The notes under the pieces were generated by a model. That model saw only the letters and a list, made by a program, of their open reading frames with translations, did not search any database and was not told the origin of the DNA. Below are positions 59,408 to 64,000 of a stretch of 64,000 nt of DNA, in pieces (position 1 is the stretch's first letter; each line of letters begins with the position of its first letter). Source of the DNA: Cyanidioschyzon merolae. Taxonomy: Eukaryota. Location of the stretch: the NCBI GenBank assembly GCA_000091205.1, contig AP006502.2; one strand, written 5' to 3'. Both the position numbers and the translations under genes were made by a program.

Positions 59408-61281
59408 GGCTCTGAGATTCCCCGTATGCGCGGGCGCTTCCGAATGATAGGGCTGCGGGTGTCAAACGTGACGCCAAACTCGCGTTCGAAATCCTTTTTC
59501 ACCTCGATTACCTCATCTATGGATCGCGCGAGTCCCAGGTGCTGCATCATCCTGCCGAAACGCTGTTCATCGCGAATGGACCCACGAGGGTGCTCATTTC
59601 GCAGATCTTCGTCAGAGGGGCCTCCCGAAGAAGCTGCTGCATTCGCATCTTGCCGCGTACTCGTTTCCAGGGCACTCGCAGCGCTCTGGCTAGCCGCTCC
59701 ACTTCCGAGATGGACTCTCGCGGAAAACTTGGACCCGGGAACAGCTGCGCCGGTTCCTCCCGCGCCAAGCCGATGCTCTTTCTGGTTAGCATTGTCTGAT
59801 ACGAGCATCCGACCCGATTCTAAATAAAAAAGTTGCTTATCGGGATTTTCCGGGCCCGTGACGGCCATGGTTTCAGTACTCACACTACTGAATCCCAAGA
59901 TTTTGCGATTTCCAGGATCACTGATAGCGTTCGGTAACCGCTTGACGAGTTGCACGCTCTCGAACACGCGTTTGAGCAGAGTTGTGTTACGCAGCCATCG
60001 TGCGATAGCCTCTACCCGCTCCAAGGTCTCGTTGGGATCAACGCATGTCTTAAAGTACTTTGCTGCGTTCACGAACACAGGGACACGATCGGGTCCGAGG
60101 CCGTTCAGCGCAGCCATGTACTTGGACCGGGACACCAAAGCATGTTGCTCTTCGGGAACAGAGACTTTGACGCCACCAGGAAACCCGAACGGCGGCAACA
60201 CAGGTGTTCCAGCGCCTGCTCGGCTGGAGAAGAAAGCGCTCAACTCATTCTGGTAGAAAATAGGATCACATTTCAGAATATGTAGGTACCAGTTGTGGAA
60301 GCGAGTAGAAACATCCGTGCCACAGCGACTACACCAGCGATACGCTGCATGGCTTGACGGATGGAGACCCAACAAGATATCACCCTCGGGTTCCGGCAGA
60401 TGAAGGACACCGGAGCGGATATTGCCCGGCTCTACCGCAGTGGCGCGAGCAGCGGCGATGCCAGCCGGTGTCTGCAAGTTCGGAACCAGTTGCGCAAGTC
60501 GCAAACTCGCCTGATCAACCTGGCGGTCTGTACCAGTGACCGCTGCTGGAAAGTGCAGCAGACCGGTCTGGGCAGCGGCAGCAGCAGCTGCTGCTGCCGC
60601 CGCCGTGCTCGTTCGACGGTTACCAGAACCACGGCCGGTCATGTCGGCAAACGTGCCGTCCATAATGAAGGGTCGAGCACCAACCAGCTGTCTCTGTACA
60701 TAATTGTTCCCTAACCTCTTGGGTTCGCTGGCCTGAAACTTGCTCAGATCATAGGCTGGATCCCCGGGGTGGTAGGCCGCTAGCTTTTCAGCGAGGCTGA
60801 GCTCGAGGTCCGCTCGCGTTCGCCCTCGAGGAGCGTCATAGACCATAGCAATGACACGCAAAACATCTCGTTGCGTTTGCTTAATTTCTTCAAAGGTAAA
60901 CTGCGGCAGTGGTTTGATGCCAAACTCGAGCAACTTCTGCTCCCGTTCCGCGTCGTTGGCGTAGTTCCGGCGAACGGGTCCGCCGCCCGAGTGCGCGGCA
61001 GCACCAGCCACAGTCGAGCGCGCCGAGGTAATCGCCCCAAACCCAGGCGCTCGCCACACTGGCACGTTTTCCGGTTTTGAAGAAGTGTCTGAGCGGGTAT
61101 CTCCTCCTTGCAATCCTCTCGCCGAAGACGAGACTGGAGGTAGGGTCGCCATACGCGCCTCGGAGTCAAGCGTGCAGCGCGACAACAATTGCGAAAGGAG
61201 TTTGGAAGGCGCCCTCGGGGCATGTGCAGGGCCCTGTCCAAAATGTGTGGTATATCCTATTTGGCATCTGAAAAAAGTCAC
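59347..61281 (-). CDS. hypothetical protein ending in a poly-Q tract encoded by a (CAG)n microsatellite
   Basis: 644-aa ORF. Ala/Gln-rich low-complexity segments. C-terminus QQQQQQQQQQQQRPLRLLRL. No domain recognised by eye. Confidence 0.45.
59373..59406. repeat. (GCT)n trinucleotide microsatellite (about 11 units), poly-Q coding on the minus strand
   Basis: gctgctgctgctgctgctgctgctgctgctgctg, inside the 3' end of the minus-strand ORF 59347-61281. Confidence 0.9.
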
Positions 61282-64000
61282 CCGCTTACGATCTGTCCGC
61301 TGCGAGCAACGTGTCAGGCTGCGCGCTGTATATTTGTCACTAAATAGTCATAATTGTTCTAGGATTGGTAGTGGGTCCGGGCATGTGCCGAGCGCCCGAC
61401 AGCATTGCCCGTGTGATCTGCGGCGCTCGCGCACCTTGACGTTCTGGTTCGATTCCTCGGTGCTATCCATAGAAATAAATGCGAGCATGAGCGTCTGCAG
61501 TGCTCGGACACCATCATGTTTCCGAACGTTTCCAGTTGGTGCATTTATTCGAGGAGGGCGCTGCGATCGCATGGGAACAAGTACAAGTTTGAACGCTGCG
61601 TAGCGTCTGATGCCCAGAGTCTGGACTGAATGGAAACGAACTTAAAGTTTGAGCATGGTCGGTATAGCCGTCGGTGGGTATCTCCCGTCCAGAGAGCTGT
61701 ACCGCTGGTGTCTGTAGCACTGCGTCTGTTCCAGATTCGAATAGAAACAGGGAACTGCGCGCTTTGTACTTTCTGTCATGAGTTTTTCCTGCAAAATTTT
61801 TTAGACTTCCAGCCACGACATTCGCTATGCACCTCGAGAAGCTTACAGATTCAAATGCCTTCTCAGGATACTTCATCGTGTTTTTGGAGCGGCGCTTTCG
61901 ACGCTTCGTCGATGGAATTCTTTATGCCATCTTTGTCAAGATGATTCACGGGGCTCTTGAACGAGCGTTGGTACAAGAACTGATATCACTATCGAATTCA
62001 CAGGTATATGCCTCCATGTGTCTTTGTTCCTTGCGAGTAGCATGCTCGAGTCACGCATTCTTCATGATTGGGTCCGCTTGTTTCAAATCCATTCCTCGAC
62101 GCTGGATGGATGATGGAGAAATCGAAAAAGTCCCATGACTACTTGTTTACCAGCTTGGATTTTGTTCCCGCTATTCGTTTCCCCATGGTCAACATCGCGT
62201 TCCACACACCAATTATCGAAAGGGATAGCATGCGCGTGCAGCCGACAGAGTGCTCGCCGCAGAGATCACCCAAAAGTAACCGGTAATTTCAAGATACAGC
62301 ACTGGACTCGAAAGCGGAGTAGGGCGTTGAGGGCGGCCTCATGCACCCGTCATGGACTTGTGCTGAGCGATGAGGCGAGCGCGTTTGCCCCTCAGTGCAG
62401 CGCTCGGAGCAGCGGCCCAGATCGTACCTATATACATGTATATTGAAACACCTGAGCACAGTCCAAGTTTCACCGCTACGATCTACGCGCCCAGGCTGTA
62501 CACGAAGAACATGAAAACGACAAGCGAACCGCAGATCGCAACTTTCATTTGTGCACAACAAGCGTCGACTCCCACCAAAGGCGGTGTAATCGGAGCTACC
62601 TCGCTGCCACCAACATCTGTCGACTACTGCCGATAAAGCTGGATGGAAAGGGGAAACAGGCCGGTTTAAAGCCAGAGCTTCGAGAGAAGCAAAGCAAACA
62701 TTTGCAGATGTAGCTCACATCGGCCAGCGTTTATGACATTGCGACGAGACCCAAACTTTCGTATATGCACCGGAATGCGTAAAGTGTACCCGTTTCATTG
62801 TATGTTGACATTGGCGTTGAGCAATGATAAATTCGACGTGTAGCCGCGGAACCAACAAATGCTGTGCTCGCCCCGTGGCCGCAAAAAACCGCAACAAGAC
62901 AGGTGAATGCCCTTAAACGACAACGGTACAACGCGTGGATGTGCAGACGACGACAGAAATGGCCAAATGCGAACAGGCATCGACATACTGGGGCTGCTCA
63001 GTGGCCCGCGCCAGACGACCAGTGCGCAGTGAACGCACCTTCTGGCTCGGTGTGAAACTATTCTGAATTTTACCGGAAGCATATTCGTGCTTGTGCTTAT
63101 AGAGCAAGGCGTGTGTGAGACGCATCTGGACTTGCGCGATACGCACGCTCACTGTCGACATGCCGACGGGGATTTTCGTACTCAGCGTTACCGCGCGGGG
63201 ACACCACAGCGCGTTGCGCACGGTACCTCGAGCTTCCGAAATGCGCGGTTGCAGCGTTTGGAATACGTTTACGCTGGGTCTACCTCCGAGCTAGCCGTCA
63301 GCGACGGCACTCGGAGGAGCAGCGTATCCGCCCGAAACGGAGCATTTCTTGCGGTGTGCGACACGCACCGCATTCGGCTCCCCATGGAGCTGGTGTCAGT
63401 TCCGAGAGCGCGCTCATCGTTGCCAAATGCCGGAGCTTGCGCGCGGCGTTTCGTTTTATGTGACTCCGGAATGATGCACAAGGCGTTCTTGCTTGATATT
63501 CTGTAGCGATTTGCGCTCTTGCTGCCCACGAGCAGCCTCGGCAGTTACGTGATTCCGCGTCGTTTCCAGTGTACTGCGCTCGCTGGTTGTGCCTATGCTC
63601 CAGAACGACGCGAGCGAAGCGTCGCGAGAAATACACAGTACTCCCGCATGCTGACGTGACCAAGCGTTCCACGACGGGTCGGGTGACGGCAGCTATTGGC
63701 GACGCAACTCGTTTCTCCATCGAGTCAGTAACTCCAATGCCGTTATGCGCAGCTCTGAACGTACGTTGCGAGTCGCTTGCATCCAGCAAACGAGTGGAAT
63801 TTTCATCCGCAACCTAAATTCATGATCCATTCGCCATCCATACAGTGTCCTGGATACAACGGTTCTTCGGGAGAGGATCCCGTATTCCTGGAAGCAGCGC
63901 TCATCGTAGAGCGCATCGTGCCCGCTGGCACGACGCTGAGCGCCCGTGTGGCGGCCTTGAAGGCCGATCGCGCGTGCCCTAGCCATGGCGGTTTCACGGC

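Noticed and set aside
61380-61460. tRNA-like T-loop sequence GGTTCGATTCC
   Set aside because: The flanking bases (tctgg / cctcg) cannot form the T-stem. No acceptor stem or D-arm could be built, so it is not a tRNA.

Overview
This window reads as nuclear DNA from a GC-rich, intron-poor eukaryote, not a prokaryote. Gene density is moderate and genes lie on both strands. The recognisable proteins are eukaryote-specific: an HSF-type DNA-binding factor, an E2F partner DP, the box C/D snoRNP protein Nop58, a Tul1-like transmembrane RING-H2 E3 ligase, an ER DnaJ ending in HDEL, a eukaryotic MTHFR with its regulatory domain, a cytosolic-type malate dehydrogenase, a sirtuin, a LanC-like protein, a Sec14/CRAL-TRIO protein, a DNL-type zinc finger (Zim17/Hep1-like), a CPBP/CAAX-protease-family membrane protein and a tri-longin (Mon1/Fuzzy-like) protein. 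The compact genes, poly-Q (CAG/CTG)n tracts and GC-rich coding blocks alternating with AT-richer gene-poor blocks fit a stramenopile (oomycete-like) or fungal genome, but I cannot fix the taxon from sequence alone. I found no rRNA, no convincing tRNA and no CRISPR array. The most unusual content is a family of TnpB/Fanzor-like (OMEGA-type RuvC nuclease) sequences. One near-full-length copy lies at about 33.75-35.02 kb on the + strand. It carries RuvC-I (SADPGKT), RuvC-II (IALDESRTS) and RuvC-III (NRDCNAAINIRRC) motifs, but is broken by one in-frame stop and one frameshift, which could also be introns. Two C-terminal fragment copies lie at about 30.19-30.6 kb (+) and 53.77-54.17 kb (-). An N-terminal remnant lies inside an inverted repeat at about 37.3-38.3 kb (-). 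That repeat has a 580-bp near-identical core at 33047-33626 and 37636-38216 with flanks diverged to roughly 65-75% identity. The 3' ends of the three C-terminal copies stay conserved at the DNA level even where the reading frame is lost, which suggests a conserved basic tail (NLS-like) and/or an embedded structured RNA (candidate omegaRNA). Simple-sequence repeats and recurring ATGCAT-rich intergenic tracts are also present.
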